NCBI GenBank assembly: GCA_051546255.1
Contig: CP128818.1
Coordinates: 1,116,001-1,180,000 of the forward strand
Source: Meyerozyma guilliermondii
Taxonomy: Eukaryota
Direction: 5' to 3'
DNA: 64,000 bases
Each line of letters starts with the position of its first letter. Position 1 is the stretch's first letter. Made by a program: the position numbers and the translations under genes. Below the pieces are notes generated by a model. It made no database searches and was not told where the DNA came from. It worked only from the letters and a program-made list of their open reading frames with translations. Below are positions 1-11,244 of the stretch, piece after piece.

Positions 1-1179
1 CTTGCGAGCTTCGAATTTGTTTAAAGACTGCAATACAGAAGTGTACTGAACCGCCTCTCCCAAAGGCTCGGAGAACTTTGTTTCTAGATCGGAAACAAGC
101 GAGTTAATGGTGATGTAGGATCTGTCAAAAACCTGGCCTATTTTATCAAATATGACATTTAGCTTTGCACTGACAATGTTGTCTCTGATGCTAATCTCTG
201 GAGGATCAGACAAATCCATGGATATGGCATTGAAGACGGAGCCCAATTCACTGTAATCCTTTGATATGCCTATGAAATTCTCGGTGATTCGGCGGTTTAT
301 CAAGTCAAGGCCAGAAGTGTACGATGCTAGCGCCGGTGGTGATTGGTCCAGATTTGGTTCAGAGCTCTCTCCACCGTTCAGGAAAAGACCAGCTTTCCTC
401 GATAGGCGTTTTCCGTTGCTCAGAATTGGTCGTAAAAACATGTTGATGGGATGGTCCAGAGGTATGGGCAAATGCGAGTACAACGGATCGGTCTTGAGTC
501 CGTTTTCTGGATTCAGCTGATATATCAGTTTGGGGAGGTGGTTGTATATGAGTTTGATTTCGTCGGACCAATTGGCGTTGGGGTCCAAGAACTTGGCAAA
601 GAATTCGAGATTTCGTATTTGGGAGATTTGGAGACAACTGTTCAAAAAACTGGCAAGAAGCCGTTTTCGGTGCTCAATGAGCTTGTTCTTGTTAAGATGG
701 GTGGAATTGATGTATGAATACGACTCGGGCGTTCCCGAATCGATATCGCTGGCGCCCGATGCGGAGGAAGACAGCACCAACTCCATCACGTTCAACCGAA
801 AATAATTCTTAGGAGGAATCGGGGGAATGACCACAAGTGGGAACGTCTTCACCAACACTTCTCGCAAGCTTTCGAAGTCACTGTAACGTCGTCTTGTATT
901 AATATCATCATTTTCGTCATCGCTCACAAGCCTTATGGTGTACACCACGTACTTTTTCAGCAGGTTCAGCATACCTTCGTTGGAATTTCCAGCCTCTGCA
1001 ATCATGGCTTGCACTTTAGACTGATTCCGAAGCATCTTGGTCACTCTGGAGTCGTAATTGCTAGTGGCAAGTGTGGTACCAGCAGTCTTATAAAGTAGTA
1101 CAGATTCGTCCGGGACACTTGACGAGTCCAAAGTGTGCTGCTTATGCAGCCCCAGCCGCCCTGGTTCGTTTTCAGTCAT
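1..1179 (-). CDS. PX-BAR sorting nexin, Snx41/Atg20-like; 3' end runs off the window start
   Basis: Absent from the ORF track, presumably because it has no stop inside the window. Manual translation from ATG 1179 gives MTENEPG...KYVVYTIRL...[30 protein letters not shown], a typical PX-domain signature. Confidence 0.8.
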   Translation of the reverse strand, partial: MTENEPGRLGLHKQHTLDSSSVPDESVLLYKTAGTTLATSNYDSRVTKMLRNQSKVQAMIAEAGNSNEGMLNLLKKYVVYTIRLVSDDENDDINTRRRYSDFESLREVLVKTFPLVVIPPIPPKNYFRLNVMELVLSSSASGASDIDSGTPESYSYINSTHLNKNKLIEHRKRLLASFLNSCLQISQIRNLEFFAKFLDPNANWSDEIKLIYNHLPKLIYQLNPENGLKTDPLYSHLPIPLDHPINMFLRPILSNGKRLSRKAGLFLNGGESSEPNLDQSPPALASYTSGLDLINRRITENFIGISKDYSELGSVFNAISMDLSDPPEISIRDNIVSAKLNVIFDKIGQVFDRSYITINSLVSDLETKFSEPLGEAVQYTSVLQSLNKFEARK

Positions 1180-1360
1180 TTAAATCCCAACCTATGTCCC
1201 ACAGCTTTCAATGTAGAACACACTGGGAGGTATCCTAGTTTCATCTGGGGTACCGCATGATAGACACGCACCCACACACCCACACCAGTCACGAGATACA
1301 GATCCAAGCACCCGCTGATTCCGCTCTTCTCTCAACACAACAGTCGCTGCAAAACACCCC

Positions 1361-3667
1361 ATGGCTGAGGCATCTACGGTAGAGACGGAGTTCGCTGCGC
1401 GAGTCCAGGAGTTCTACCATGACCAAAGTGATCCAATCCAGTTGGTTGTGGCTTTTAAAGCTTTGTGTGCAGTGAAAGCGTTACTGGCCGCCGCAAACCT
1501 CGAGGAACACGGTGCTAAAAGTTCGTATTTTCAGGAAGAATTTGAGAATTGGGACTTGGAAACCAAGTTGTGGCACCTTGTGGAAGTGCTCTATCTGTAC
1601 AGACTTGCGGAGAATGAGGAAGTGATCGCAGAAAACCAATATTCATCGATATCGGTGTTACAAGAAAACGTATTGCGTCAAAATCCGAAATTAAAAGAGC
1701 TTCTGATCATTTTGGGGTGGCTACAAACAAACTCCAAGGGTGTGGATGTACCAGGGTCTCTCTCAAATACGTCAAAATGGAGTAATACAAGACAGGCACT
1801 TGCCAATAAAGACCTTAATGTCTTAACTACCCACGGCCACACCGGCGAAACAGACACAAAACTACAAAACATCGATCCCGATGCCCCTATACGACAAGCA
1901 TGCCCAGTAATGGCCGAAGACGATCTTCGTGACTCACAGGTTTTCCGAACAATTTATCAATTAATACTATCTGGTCAGCTCCAAGAAGCCATAGAATTGG
2001 CCAGTAGCACCGGAAACCACACACTCGCACTCATTCTCCTTGGAGGAACTCAAGACTTTATTGATCCGGTGCTCGATAAAGACTTTTGTGAGACTACCAT
2101 GACAGATTTAATCGTGCCAAATAAACCATCGGGCGCCAAACACAAACTTTTGTGGAAACAAGCGGTATTCAAGCTTTCGCATCAGCTGGGTATCAACAAG
2201 TACGAACGTCTCATCTACGACTATCTCAGTGGCGGCGACATATCTGGTGGCCTCGAAGTTGTTGGCGACAGCTGGGAGAACCTGTTGATAATCTACCTCA
2301 ACAAAATTTGTTTGCATGTTCTTCTGAACGCATTGAACTCTAATGAATCAACCACGAGTATCCCAGCACCACCAGCAGAGTCTATCGACCAAGTGTTAAA
2401 TTTGATATCGAAAGGTTCAAATGGAGCTGCTCAACAGAGTAAGCATCCTCTTCGTATTGTCATGGGCAGCGTGATGATTTCCGAGATTGGAGCATTGATC
2501 AGTGGAGTCCTCAAGTCCCTCAACAACAACTTCACCACACAAAAAGTATGGGAAGAGGACTACTTGGTGCGGGTGATGGCTCATTTGGGGTTGTTTGCCC
2601 ATGCCGTCGGCTCTCAAGTCAGCGCTAATGACTTGACTCAACTTTTGACCTTGTATGTTCAAAGACTATCTGCTCGTGGCTTCACGGATTTGGTGCCATT
2701 GTACCTCTCTTTCATTCCTGACGATAGTGATGCCCGTGAATATTACTCCAAATTTCTTTCATCCATCACCGATCCGAGCGAAAGAACCAAACAACTTCAG
2801 CTTGTTCGTAAATTGGGCATTGATTCCAACGGTGACGAGGAACGAATGGCAAATGTTTTGCGTAGAACCGTCGAACGAGTCATGGCTGATACAGAGGCTG
2901 AATATCGACCTTCTGGTGAAGTCACTGTCCAAGATGAAGACACAGATGTCACCGAAACCGACACCAAAATCTGCCAATCGGTCGATTGGTACTTCGAGAA
3001 CAACATGTATCCTGATGCGGTTTCTGCAAGTTTAACAGTCATCAGGCGCTTCTTAGCATGCGGTAGACTTGCAGCCTTACGTCACTTTGTTCGTGGAAAA
3101 GACTTGAAGCAATTGGTGAAGAATTACGATGTTGATTTGTACACTCGCTCTCTTGCAGGTCTGGATGATGGTGCCCAGGTTGGGGATGCCGACAAAGATG
3201 AAATAATACAATACCATTTGTTTGTTCAAGGATTAGAGTTGATTCAAGATTGGCGCAAATTCTTGAAAGACAACCAAACGAATAGTTTGAGTGCAGTTTT
3301 CTGGAAATCAAAACATCTCGAGTCACTGATAGAGAAGGTATCAAGCGGAATCGTGGGCCTTATACGAGACTGGTTCCAAGAGTTGATTGCAACAGATGGG
3401 ACAAAGAAGGAAATGTACCAACAATTGAGAGTTCTCTACGTACCATATCTTGTGATGGAACTTCTCGACATATACCAACAAGCCAGAATGAGCAATTGGC
3501 TGTATGTCAAAAAAGCGTTTGAGTTGGTGAGTCTGGTCGCGGATGAAGATAATAATGATTTACTTACCTGTTTTGTCAATTGCGGGCGCCTCGACGAGCT
3601 TATGGTACGCAGTGGAAACCTTGCTGCAGTTGCATGTGAGCGTGGTATAGCCAATATATTTTCGTAG
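1361..3667 (+). CDS. NUP84: Nucleoporin Nup84/Nup107
   Basis: 768-aa helical ORF with WDLETKLWHL, W-x-NT, DPDAP-x-R and LWKQAV motifs typical of Nup84/Nup107. Confidence 0.85.
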   Translation: MAEASTVETEFAARVQEFYHDQSDPIQLVVAFKALCAVKALLAAANLEEHGAKSSYFQEEFENWDLETKLWHLVEVLYLYRLAENEEVIAENQYSSISVLQENVLRQNPKLKELLIILGWLQTNSKGVDVPGSLSNTSKWSNTRQALANKDLNVLTTHGHTGETDTKLQNIDPDAPIRQACPVMAEDDLRDSQVFRTIYQLILSGQLQEAIELASSTGNHTLALILLGGTQDFIDPVLDKDFCETTMTDLIVPNKPSGAKHKLLWKQAVFKLSHQLGINKYERLIYDYLSGGDISGGLEVVGDSWENLLIIYLNKICLHVLLNALNSNESTTSIPAPPAESIDQVLNLISKGSNGAAQQSKHPLRIVMGSVMISEIGALISGVLKSLNNNFTTQKVWEEDYLVRVMAHLGLFAHAVGSQVSANDLTQLLTLYVQRLSARGFTDLVPLYLSFIPDDSDAREYYSKFLSSITDPSERTKQLQLVRKLGIDSNGDEERMANVLRRTVERVMADTEAEYRPSGEVTVQDEDTDVTETDTKICQSVDWYFENNMYPDAVSASLTVIRRFLACGRLAALRHFVRGKDLKQLVKNYDVDLYTRSLAGLDDGAQVGDADKDEIIQYHLFVQGLELIQDWRKFLKDNQTNSLSAVFWKSKHLESLIEKVSSGIVGLIRDWFQELIATDGTKKEMYQQLRVLYVPYLVMELLDIYQQARMSNWLYVKKAFELVSLVADEDNNDLLTCFVNCGRLDELMVRSGNLAAVACERGIANIFS

Positions 3668-3692
3668 ACTATACAACTAAATAGACATTAAC

Positions 3693-4940
3693 CTAGTTCA
3701 ATGCGGCAGCCTTCTGGTATAATAAATCGACAACATTGGACATGTTCTTCACCAACTCCAACGCCGAGTCATAGGCGGCGTCCTGGCGAGGTTCGTCGTA
3801 TATAATCAACCATCCATTGCCCTGATCTAACACTCCGTAAAACACTTTATCAAGAATCATCTGGGATAATTTACCTTCGACTTGGGCCAATTCGAGACCC
3901 AAGGTGCGAGAAATATGCGAGAGTTCCACACAGCTGTACAGCTCGATGATCTTGAGGAGATTCTGCTCCAACAAGTTGTCGTACAAAGCATTGAAGTGGT
4001 ACTTGATGATGGCGTCCAGTTTCAATTCCGAGCCGTAGGTGGTGAGGGCTTGCTCGAATTCATGGAGTGATCGATTGGAGTAAGCCTGTGCAATGGCCTT
4101 CATGGCGTCAATATCGCGCGACTGGAACTTGACCACGTTCTTGTTTTTAAGTAAAGTAGCTACGTCGTCGCTCAAGTTGAGCATGATTTTGGACAAAAGC
4201 ATGTACTTTAGAACTGGCACGGCGCGCGAGTCGTCCTGCGAGTTGAATGCCTCGAATGCTTCGTAGAAGTACGAGTAAGCTGTCTTATAGTCTTTATCTT
4301 CAGCGTTGAGAATACCAGACTGGCTGTCAAGCTCACCCTGAAGAAGGGTAGGACAATAGATGGAATTGGCCGAAGTACGGGCCAGAGTCAAAGCTGCCTT
4401 AGCCTTGGGAATGTTGCGCAACTGATGGTACAACTTCAGCTCCAACAATTGCACTTCTATGAGCGACGACTTATCGTCGAGTTTCTTATATTCTCTGAGC
4501 AATTCGGTGATGATGGTGAGTGCCTGTTGGTAAAGCGTCTTCTTGTAGAGCAACTCCGCGAGCTTGAGTTGAAGAGACTGTTTCAAGAAGGTCAACTTGG
4601 AAGCGATAGCCCAGTCGATGCTATCCTTGGCTGTTTGCATCTGGATATCAAGAGACTCCGGAATGGTATCAAAGTACTCTATAAGTGTCTTGACGATTTT
4701 TGCTGTTTTGGATTTGGAAAAACTACCGAGAACCGTCCTAGACTCCGTAATAAGGTCCTTTAAAGCTTCGGCTTGGTTCTGTTTCTGGTAAATTTTGCCG
4801 AGCTCAAGCATGGCAGTTTCTGTAGTGGCAGCTTCTGGACCTTCCGGTTTGTTGGTGTTGCTGATAATGGTTTTGTATACCGACTCGGCCTTAGAATTGT
4901 CGCCGGAGTCGGCAAATCGGCGTGCTTCAGCAAGAGACAT
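3693..4940 (-). CDS. RPN6: 26S proteasome lid subunit Rpn6 (PCI domain)
   Basis: KSKTAKIVKTL, ANSIYCP, DYKTAYSYFYEAFE and KLSQMILDK motifs. Confidence 0.97.
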   Translation of the reverse strand: MSLAEARRFADSGDNSKAESVYKTIISNTNKPEGPEAATTETAMLELGKIYQKQNQAEALKDLITESRTVLGSFSKSKTAKIVKTLIEYFDTIPESLDIQMQTAKDSIDWAIASKLTFLKQSLQLKLAELLYKKTLYQQALTIITELLREYKKLDDKSSLIEVQLLELKLYHQLRNIPKAKAALTLARTSANSIYCPTLLQGELDSQSGILNAEDKDYKTAYSYFYEAFEAFNSQDDSRAVPVLKYMLLSKIMLNLSDDVATLLKNKNVVKFQSRDIDAMKAIAQAYSNRSLHEFEQALTTYGSELKLDAIIKYHFNALYDNLLEQNLLKIIELYSCVELSHISRTLGLELAQVEGKLSQMILDKVFYGVLDQGNGWLIIYDEPRQDAAYDSALELVKNMSNVVDLLYQKAAALN

Positions 4941-4961
4941 GATAAAGTAGTTGTGGTGAGC

Positions 4962-4970
4962 GGCGGCAAA
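4962..4970. promoter_or_regulatory. Possible Rpn4/PACE-like site GGCGGCAAA
   Basis: One mismatch from PACE (GGTGGCAAA), about 22 bp upstream of the RPN6 ATG. Confidence 0.4.
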
Positions 4971-5564
4971 TCGACAGTTGTTGAGATTTGAGGTAGGCGA
5001 TTACATAAGCACACTGCAGGTAAGCGGTTGCAAAAAGTGCCCGGCCAGGGAACAGCGATATTCATTATTACTCATTATCAGATTTGAATCTGTTTACAGC
5101 AGCCTTGAATTTGTTTGTTTTAAGGTACATAGAGTTGAATTTTATGGATTTGACTCTGTGTTTTGAAATGATTGAACGAATACTCTTTACAATTGAACCT
5201 CTTCTTTTGGGTTTGAAAGTCTTCTATTTCGAAATATGATTGGCTCTGAGAATGGAAAGTTTATCAAACTAAGGTAGTACTTTTGTTTGTGGATTAGGAT
5301 TCAATTCGGCTAAATTTCAATGGAGAATTTGAAATGGGCAGCAAAGTCACTACCTTGAGTATCGAAATAATCGCAGTCAAAAAGTACTTCGGTAGTTCCT
5401 TTTATGCTTTACTACTTCCTTTCATGATAAACCACTTCCAAGTCAACTTGCTCAACCGCATTGTTTCCTTAAGCGTGAATACTAGCAACCCTCTCGATTG
5501 AAGTCCCTCACCACCAAACCCACACACCCACTGTATTCTCGCACAAATTTATTTCCACTCGGTG

Positions 5565-6953
5565 ATGTTTCGACTGAGAGCACTGCTTGGGCTTGCGCCG
5601 CAAGTACGGCAGTTGATGGCTCCAAAATGGTCTCATTCGGTACCCGCGGCATTGATGGTACACTACAATGTTCCTGGAGTTCGCAACTACTCGCAAAAGC
5701 CATTCCCAGTAGGATCGAAGGAATTTCAAGAGCAGAACAATCTCAAAAAGCTTCCTAAATGGAAGCAATGGGCCATTTATTTTCAAAGTAATGAGTTCAA
5801 GAGAGGCATGACCATCTACTACGTATGTGGATTTGGTGTCATGTGTGTTGCTTTCTACTATTATATGAGAGATCGTTACTACGAAGACAAGCAGTTGAAG
5901 CATATAAGGGCTAAATATGAAGAAGATCCCGCCAGTCTCCTGGAATATGAGTATCTCAAGCTAAAGGCATTGAGCAACGACAAACTCAAGCCCCGAGAAC
6001 AGAAAAAGTATCGCATGTACCAAATGATGCGCAAAGAGTTTCGTAGAAAGCACATTTGGGATGGTGAAGCAATGTTTGAGCCAACGCCCCAAGACCTCCA
6101 GGAGTGGTACAGCCAGCAGGCACGCACAAAGACCTCGGCTGCGGTAACGGAAGACGATGTCAGAAGCGAAAATAGTGCCGAAGAAAATTCGCAAGAAACC
6201 ACTAGAGCCAACGACAACTCTGCTATATGTGCTCCACAAGACACCACAGCCTTTTTTGAAGAAAAGGCGTTCGACTATGACAACGAGGTCAAGTGGGAAG
6301 AGCGCGGTATCCTCATGGGACGTAGAAGGAGATGGCTCATGAAACAGCTTCGGGGAGATGTGTTGGAAGTGGCCTGTGGAACCGGTCGTAATATTCCATA
6401 TTTTGACCAAGACGAGGTAAACTCCATGACGTTTCTCGACTCGCTGCGTAATATGGTGGAGTTGGCGCAAAAGAAGTTCCGGCAAAAGTACCCTCGTTAT
6501 GCCAATGCTGCATTCACGGTTGGTCGTGCTGAAGATCTTGTAGAGCTTCAGGGTTCCGAACAGGTAAAATACGACACGATAGTGGAGGCGTTTGGTCTCT
6601 GTGCCCACGAGGACCCCGTGCTTGCCCTCAAGAGCATGGCGTCGTTGTTGAAACCTGGTGGTAGAATTGTTCTTCTTGAACATGGACGCAGTACATGGGA
6701 CTTTATCAACAACCATCTTGATTTCCGGGCACCTAAACGTATGAAAACTTGGGCCTGTCGGTGGAACTTGGACATTGGCGAGTTGATAGACGACGCTGGG
6801 CTCGATATTACCTATGAAAAACGGGTTCACTTGGGTACTACATGGATGCTAGTTTGCAAGCGTCCTGAGGATCCATTAGCACTTGAAGAAAAGCCGTTCT
6901 TGGACAAATTGTTTGGACGTGAGACTAAAGGGATTGACAAGGGAAAACGCTAA
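5565..6953 (+). CDS. OMS1: Mitochondrial SAM-dependent methyltransferase Oms1
   Basis: Basic presequence-like N-terminus, one TM segment, VLEVACGTGRN, YDTIVEAFGLC and LLKPGGRIVLLEHG. First ATG is 5565 (the ORF track starts at GTG 5562). Confidence 0.88.
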   Translation: MFRLRALLGLAPQVRQLMAPKWSHSVPAALMVHYNVPGVRNYSQKPFPVGSKEFQEQNNLKKLPKWKQWAIYFQSNEFKRGMTIYYVCGFGVMCVAFYYYMRDRYYEDKQLKHIRAKYEEDPASLLEYEYLKLKALSNDKLKPREQKKYRMYQMMRKEFRRKHIWDGEAMFEPTPQDLQEWYSQQARTKTSAAVTEDDVRSENSAEENSQETTRANDNSAICAPQDTTAFFEEKAFDYDNEVKWEERGILMGRRRRWLMKQLRGDVLEVACGTGRNIPYFDQDEVNSMTFLDSLRNMVELAQKKFRQKYPRYANAAFTVGRAEDLVELQGSEQVKYDTIVEAFGLCAHEDPVLALKSMASLLKPGGRIVLLEHGRSTWDFINNHLDFRAPKRMKTWACRWNLDIGELIDDAGLDITYEKRVHLGTTWMLVCKRPEDPLALEEKPFLDKLFGRETKGIDKGKR

Positions 6954-7053
6954 AAACTGTAAATAGATCAAAAAATACTTGTAATTTATTCTTGTAATTC
7001 GTTGATTATTTTCTCATACTTGTTCGCTCAATTACCTTCCCTAAGATTTATAT

Positions 7054-7359
7054 TTAAATTTCTCGCCTTTCTATTCCTCGCCTTTTATATTCCGTGTCCA
7101 ACATCTCCACCCGCTGGCGCTGGTTCCGTATCACCTCATTATTTTCCTCTATGGTCTCGCCATACAATGCTACATCAGCCCGAGCTTCATCGGTGGAGTC
7201 TGCGTTCTCAATTTCCAGTTTCAACATTTCGTTAGTTTCCGACAACTTTGAGATGGAAAGGAGCAACTGGCTGCGTATAGAATGTAAGTTGTCGTCCGTG
7301 AGCTCCTGTATGGCAATGGAAAACGCCTCGGGTGCTATAGGCTTTGTATCTGACGACAT
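7054..7359 (-). CDS. TMA17: Tma17/Adc17-like proteasome assembly chaperone
   Basis: 101 aa; PI..EAF..AI, SISKL..TN and LY.ETIEEN..VI.NQ..RV resemble yeast Tma17 as recalled. Confidence 0.7.
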   Translation of the reverse strand: MSSDTKPIAPEAFSIAIQELTDDNLHSIRSQLLLSISKLSETNEMLKLEIENADSTDEARADVALYGETIEENNEVIRNQRQRVEMLDTEYKRRGIERREI

Positions 7360-7406
7360 AATCCGGGGAAGAAATTCAGTCGCACTGTGAAAAAATCATC
7401 TCTTTG

Positions 7407-8672
7407 ATGCTTCGACTAGTTGGACCAGGCAGTCGAAACAAGACCTTCACGACACTTGTGAGCATCAGGTTGTGCCCGTATGCTATTGGGGGTGCCAGGA
7501 ATCATATAAGAGCATTCAATCTGTCAAAAGTGAACTGCAACAGCGAAGATGTGAACATTGACGTGCCCGAGTTGCATCCACTTTTACTCAAAAGAGCTGT
7601 TGCAATGGGAAAAGAGTATTCAGTTCTTGAAGAAGCCATTACCAAGGGCAACTTTGACCAGGAAACAAACGTCAGGTACTCGAATCTCTCGGTAATTCTT
7701 GACAATTACCATCGATATGTGCAAGACATGGAGAACGTAGCGGCATTAAAAGAGATGATTGCCGAGGAAACAGACCCGGAAATGCAGCAAGAAGCCATCA
7801 AGGAGCTCCAGCACCTTGTTCCTAATGTCCAAAGGTCGGTAAAAGTGCTTCAAGCCAGACTTCTTCCTCCGGTGTCGCACTCGGACAAAGCTACAATATT
7901 AGAATTACGCCCGGGAGTTGGAGGATCGGAAGCAGCTTTATTCTGTGGCGATCTCGTCAACATGTACATCAACTTTGCCAACAACAAAAAATGGAAATGG
8001 ACAAAAATCCTGGAGGGACTCACAAATAGTGGATCTCTCAACGAGGTAATAATGAGCATCGATGTACCTGGTTCCTACAACTTGTTACGCCACGAAAGCG
8101 GGGTCCATCGAGTCCAGAGGATTCCTGCGACAGAGACAAAAGGACGTATTCATACCTCAACCGCAGCAGTAGTTGTGCTTCCCAAAATTTCAGAGGGTAC
8201 AGAGTCTTCCTTAAAAGACGACGAACGTCAATTTGCACCCGGCGAAGTCCGAATTGATACCATGAGAGCAGGTGGAAAAGGTGGTCAGCACGTCAACACC
8301 ACCGACTCGGCCGTGAGACTCACCCATATTCCTACGGGAATTCAGGTGCAACAGCAGGACGAACGTTCGCAGCCAAAAAATAAGGCCAAAGCATTTTCGA
8401 TTTTGCGAGCTCGTTTGGCGGCCCTCGAAAGAGATAAGGAGATCGCCGAGCAGCGAAAACTCCGCACTGACCAGGTGACCACCACTGACCGCTCGGACAA
8501 AATCCGAACTTACAATTTTCCCCAGAATCGAGTCACCGACCATCGGTGCGGCTTCTCGCTCCACGATATAGATGGCTGCATGCAGGGCTACAAATTAGAG
8601 GAAATTATAGAACACGTTGAGGAGAAGGAACTCGAGGACCGCTTAGAAGCGCTTATTCTGGAGGGCCGCTAA
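7407..8672 (+). CDS. MRF1: Mitochondrial peptide chain release factor 1
   Basis: ELRPGVGGSEA, ESGVHRVQRIPATE..GRIHTST, GGKGGQHVN (GGQ) and KIRTYNFPQNRVTDHR. Confidence 0.95.
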   Translation: MLRLVGPGSRNKTFTTLVSIRLCPYAIGGARNHIRAFNLSKVNCNSEDVNIDVPELHPLLLKRAVAMGKEYSVLEEAITKGNFDQETNVRYSNLSVILDNYHRYVQDMENVAALKEMIAEETDPEMQQEAIKELQHLVPNVQRSVKVLQARLLPPVSHSDKATILELRPGVGGSEAALFCGDLVNMYINFANNKKWKWTKILEGLTNSGSLNEVIMSIDVPGSYNLLRHESGVHRVQRIPATETKGRIHTSTAAVVVLPKISEGTESSLKDDERQFAPGEVRIDTMRAGGKGGQHVNTTDSAVRLTHIPTGIQVQQQDERSQPKNKAKAFSILRARLAALERDKEIAEQRKLRTDQVTTTDRSDKIRTYNFPQNRVTDHRCGFSLHDIDGCMQGYKLEEIIEHVEEKELEDRLEALILEGR

Positions 8673-9252
8673 GCAAACTGAAACTGCAAACTGCAGATCG
8701 GCAAAAAAGAAGTAAGTCCGTCACCTGCATATAACTCCATGACCTCCTGTATATAACATACCAGACATAAGCCCGTCTTACGATCGGGCTGTATGCAGAT
8801 CCGGCTAAGATCTCGAAAATTATTTGTGACAGCACCGAACTCTAAAACTAGGCTTAGCGCAAGTGTAAAATTGGCCTAGAAGGCTTTGTTAGAACTTGCT
8901 AGTGCATTGCTCCTTCAATTCTGGAACCATTTCGACCGAAAAAAACACGCTCGTTATATTTTTTATTATTGTTACAAAAATAGTCGATTCAAATTGATTC
9001 TTCTATTCGATTTTGGCCGCCTTAAAATCTGACTTTTTGGCTTTTTGGATACTTGACTAAGCAGTTTAGGGTCTTCAGAACTCAAGTCTGTGGTATTTAT
9101 ACGGGAGTTTCACCTATTAAATTCCTACTTGTTGTTTCCATCCGGTTCACACATCTGTTTTGAATTGTTTTCAAACTTCGGCCGATTGACGTCGGTCTCG
9201 GTGTAAACTCAAAAACCAACAAAGCCTCACACAACCATACAATCCCCAAACC

Positions 9253-10095
9253 ATGAAGACGGTACGAATGTTTTTGGCATTTTTCTTACACATGCTTCTT
9301 GTGTCGGCACTCGGCATGACAATAGAGCCCATTAGAGCAGGAGATACGAAAAAGTACTCCAGTAAGCTGCAGTTGTCGAACTGTGTTGCGTACGACACCG
9401 TCAAGAACGACGTAATTACTGTTCATGTTCAGGCTTACGACAGGGTGCCGGCGCAGCAGCTCAATTTGCATATCTTTGATTCTGAGAACAACCAGCTTCG
9501 ACTCGTTAAGGATATTAACGACGAGATGGACGTAATCTTCACCAACCTCAACTCCGACTTGGGTCGTGGAAAACGAAGTAGTTTCATCGACAAACTCTCG
9601 CACTTGGGCCACGCCGACTCGGAGCATGCGGAAGAAGTGCTCCATAGTAACGAGGGAAAGTCGAGAATTTACGTTTGTTTCGACAATATCTTCGCCGACA
9701 AGTCGTGGTCGTTTCATCCGCAAAGCCGTGACATCGAGTTGCAATTCGAGGCAAGAAGTTTTGCCAGTCTCAAAAACACCAATTACAAGCTCTTCACCAA
9801 ATACTTCCAGATGCTTGGTTCCGAACTGGGTTCGAACGTAATAAAAGATCTGGACTTTGAAGATCTGTTGGTGACGTTGGAACTGCAGCTCCAAACCGTG
9901 ATCGAGAATCTCGACAGCTCCGAGCGAACCATGCAAGCACTCTTGACCCAAGAGTCTAAGCTCCGCGACGCCAACGAGCAGATTTTTTCCAACTATACCA
10001 AGGTATCCATCGCATTCTTGATCATCATCGCCATTTTCGGACTTCTCCCGATAGTGTACATGCGGGTCTACTTGAAACAAAACAACATCCTATAA
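9253..10095 (+). CDS. p24/emp24-gp25L family ER-Golgi cargo receptor (divergent)
   Basis: Signal peptide, GOLD-domain cysteines (NCV...YVCFDN), coiled coil with ESKLRDANE, C-terminal TM and short tail. Confidence 0.8.
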   Translation: MKTVRMFLAFFLHMLLVSALGMTIEPIRAGDTKKYSSKLQLSNCVAYDTVKNDVITVHVQAYDRVPAQQLNLHIFDSENNQLRLVKDINDEMDVIFTNLNSDLGRGKRSSFIDKLSHLGHADSEHAEEVLHSNEGKSRIYVCFDNIFADKSWSFHPQSRDIELQFEARSFASLKNTNYKLFTKYFQMLGSELGSNVIKDLDFEDLLVTLELQLQTVIENLDSSERTMQALLTQESKLRDANEQIFSNYTKVSIAFLIIIAIFGLLPIVYMRVYLKQNNIL

Positions 10096-10102
10096 TATAT
10101 AT

Positions 10103-11095
10103 TCAGTTTCCTCTCATTAGTTCGTTATTGATGACGTCCAGGCAAAGCGTTTCCATCTGTTCCTTATCAATCAACGAAACGTCGTCGGTATACGCCAAGC
10201 TAGCTTCGTAGCCCATGATAATCCGTTGTTCGGTTATGCCCAACTCGCCGTAGCTGAGTGCTCGAATCACATTATAGTAGCGGGTGATATTGTTTCGAAT
10301 AGTATCGGATATGGGGTCGTTTTTGTCGGAGTAGATTTCCCACGAGCTCTCTTCTTCGAGTCTGGTGATAGCCACGGATGCCTGGCCCGGATTATAGCCT
10401 GCTTGTGACTCTATGGAGGCCTGGGCCCTGTTTGTAGCAGCATTCGTTGCGGACAGCTGGTATGAGGTGGTTTTACTTATCCAAATGTAGCCATTGACAC
10501 CGAGAATTACACTCACATTTCCAGGCATGTCGTACGAGTGGTTCTTGGATTTGACGACAAGACTCGAGGGTACCTGAAGAAGAATTCCATTGCGAAGTTT
10601 CCCGTATTTGAGTGACCGGGTATGGAGTGCTACCATTCCACTGGCATAGGTGCTTTGAACTTCAGCATTTAGAAGATCTCCTTCCTTAAGAAAGTTTCTC
10701 ATCTGGAGCTCATCGCTTTCAGATTTCCGTCTCAATACTCCTCCGGGAAGATTAATGGATCCCAACATCAACACGGCATCCTGACGACACCCTATATCGA
10801 CTTTCCACCTCTTGTTACCCACTTCTGTAATTCGTCCTACGACATGGTCTCCGGTCTCTGCCTGGTACTTTCCTCGCAAGGGGATCACACTGAGGAGTCT
10901 GTTCACTCTAGAGACGTTTCCAGCGACAGATGAGTAGGTTTTTTCGTTCAAAAAGTAGGTTCCATGGCCCTTCATCCACGACGGGTCGTCGGTGACCAAC
11001 TCTCCTGGGGTCACTATGGCTCTACTGGTGTCATCGTCGGACATGTCGGAGTCCGAATCGATGTTAACCGGGGCAGATATGCTTATTACCGACAT
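10103..11095 (-). CDS. RRP4: Exosome cap subunit Rrp4
   Basis: IVTPGELVT...WMKGHGTY, GDHVVGRITEVGNKRWKVDI, NLPGGVLRRKSESDELQMR and HTRSLKYGKLRNG. Confidence 0.97.
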   Translation of the reverse strand: MSVISISAPVNIDSDSDMSDDDTSRAIVTPGELVTDDPSWMKGHGTYFLNEKTYSSVAGNVSRVNRLLSVIPLRGKYQAETGDHVVGRITEVGNKRWKVDIGCRQDAVLMLGSINLPGGVLRRKSESDELQMRNFLKEGDLLNAEVQSTYASGMVALHTRSLKYGKLRNGILLQVPSSLVVKSKNHSYDMPGNVSVILGVNGYIWISKTTSYQLSATNAATNRAQASIESQAGYNPGQASVAITRLEEESSWEIYSDKNDPISDTIRNNITRYYNVIRALSYGELGITEQRIIMGYEASLAYTDDVSLIDKEQMETLCLDVINNELMRGN

Positions 11096-11145
11096 TTTGT
11101 GGTGGGTTTAAAATGTGTGCTCGTTAGTTTGGAGAGTTGAATTTC

Positions 11146-11192
11146 GCGATGAGCGAATGCGAAAGTTGAGAATTCGATTTAAAGTGAAAAAT
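11146..11192. promoter_or_regulatory. PAC (GCGATGAG, 11146-11153) and partial RRPE (TGAAAAAT, 11185-11192) in the RRP4/TRM5 bidirectional promoter
   Basis: Motifs read directly from the sequence; both flanking genes are RNA-processing genes. Confidence 0.7.
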
Positions 11193-11244
11193 AATTTCAA
11201 ATTACTCCTGTTAAGTTTTCGTTAGCTAAGTTATTGTTTGGTGG

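Noticed and set aside
266..805. Short ORFs listed at the window start
   Set aside because: They overlap the truncated minus-strand sorting-nexin gene in other frames.
8700..9250. Possible snRNA or snoRNA between MRF1 and p24 (small hairpin at about 8771-8789)
   Set aside because: No U1/U2/U4/U5/U6, SRP or convincing box C/D signature recognised.
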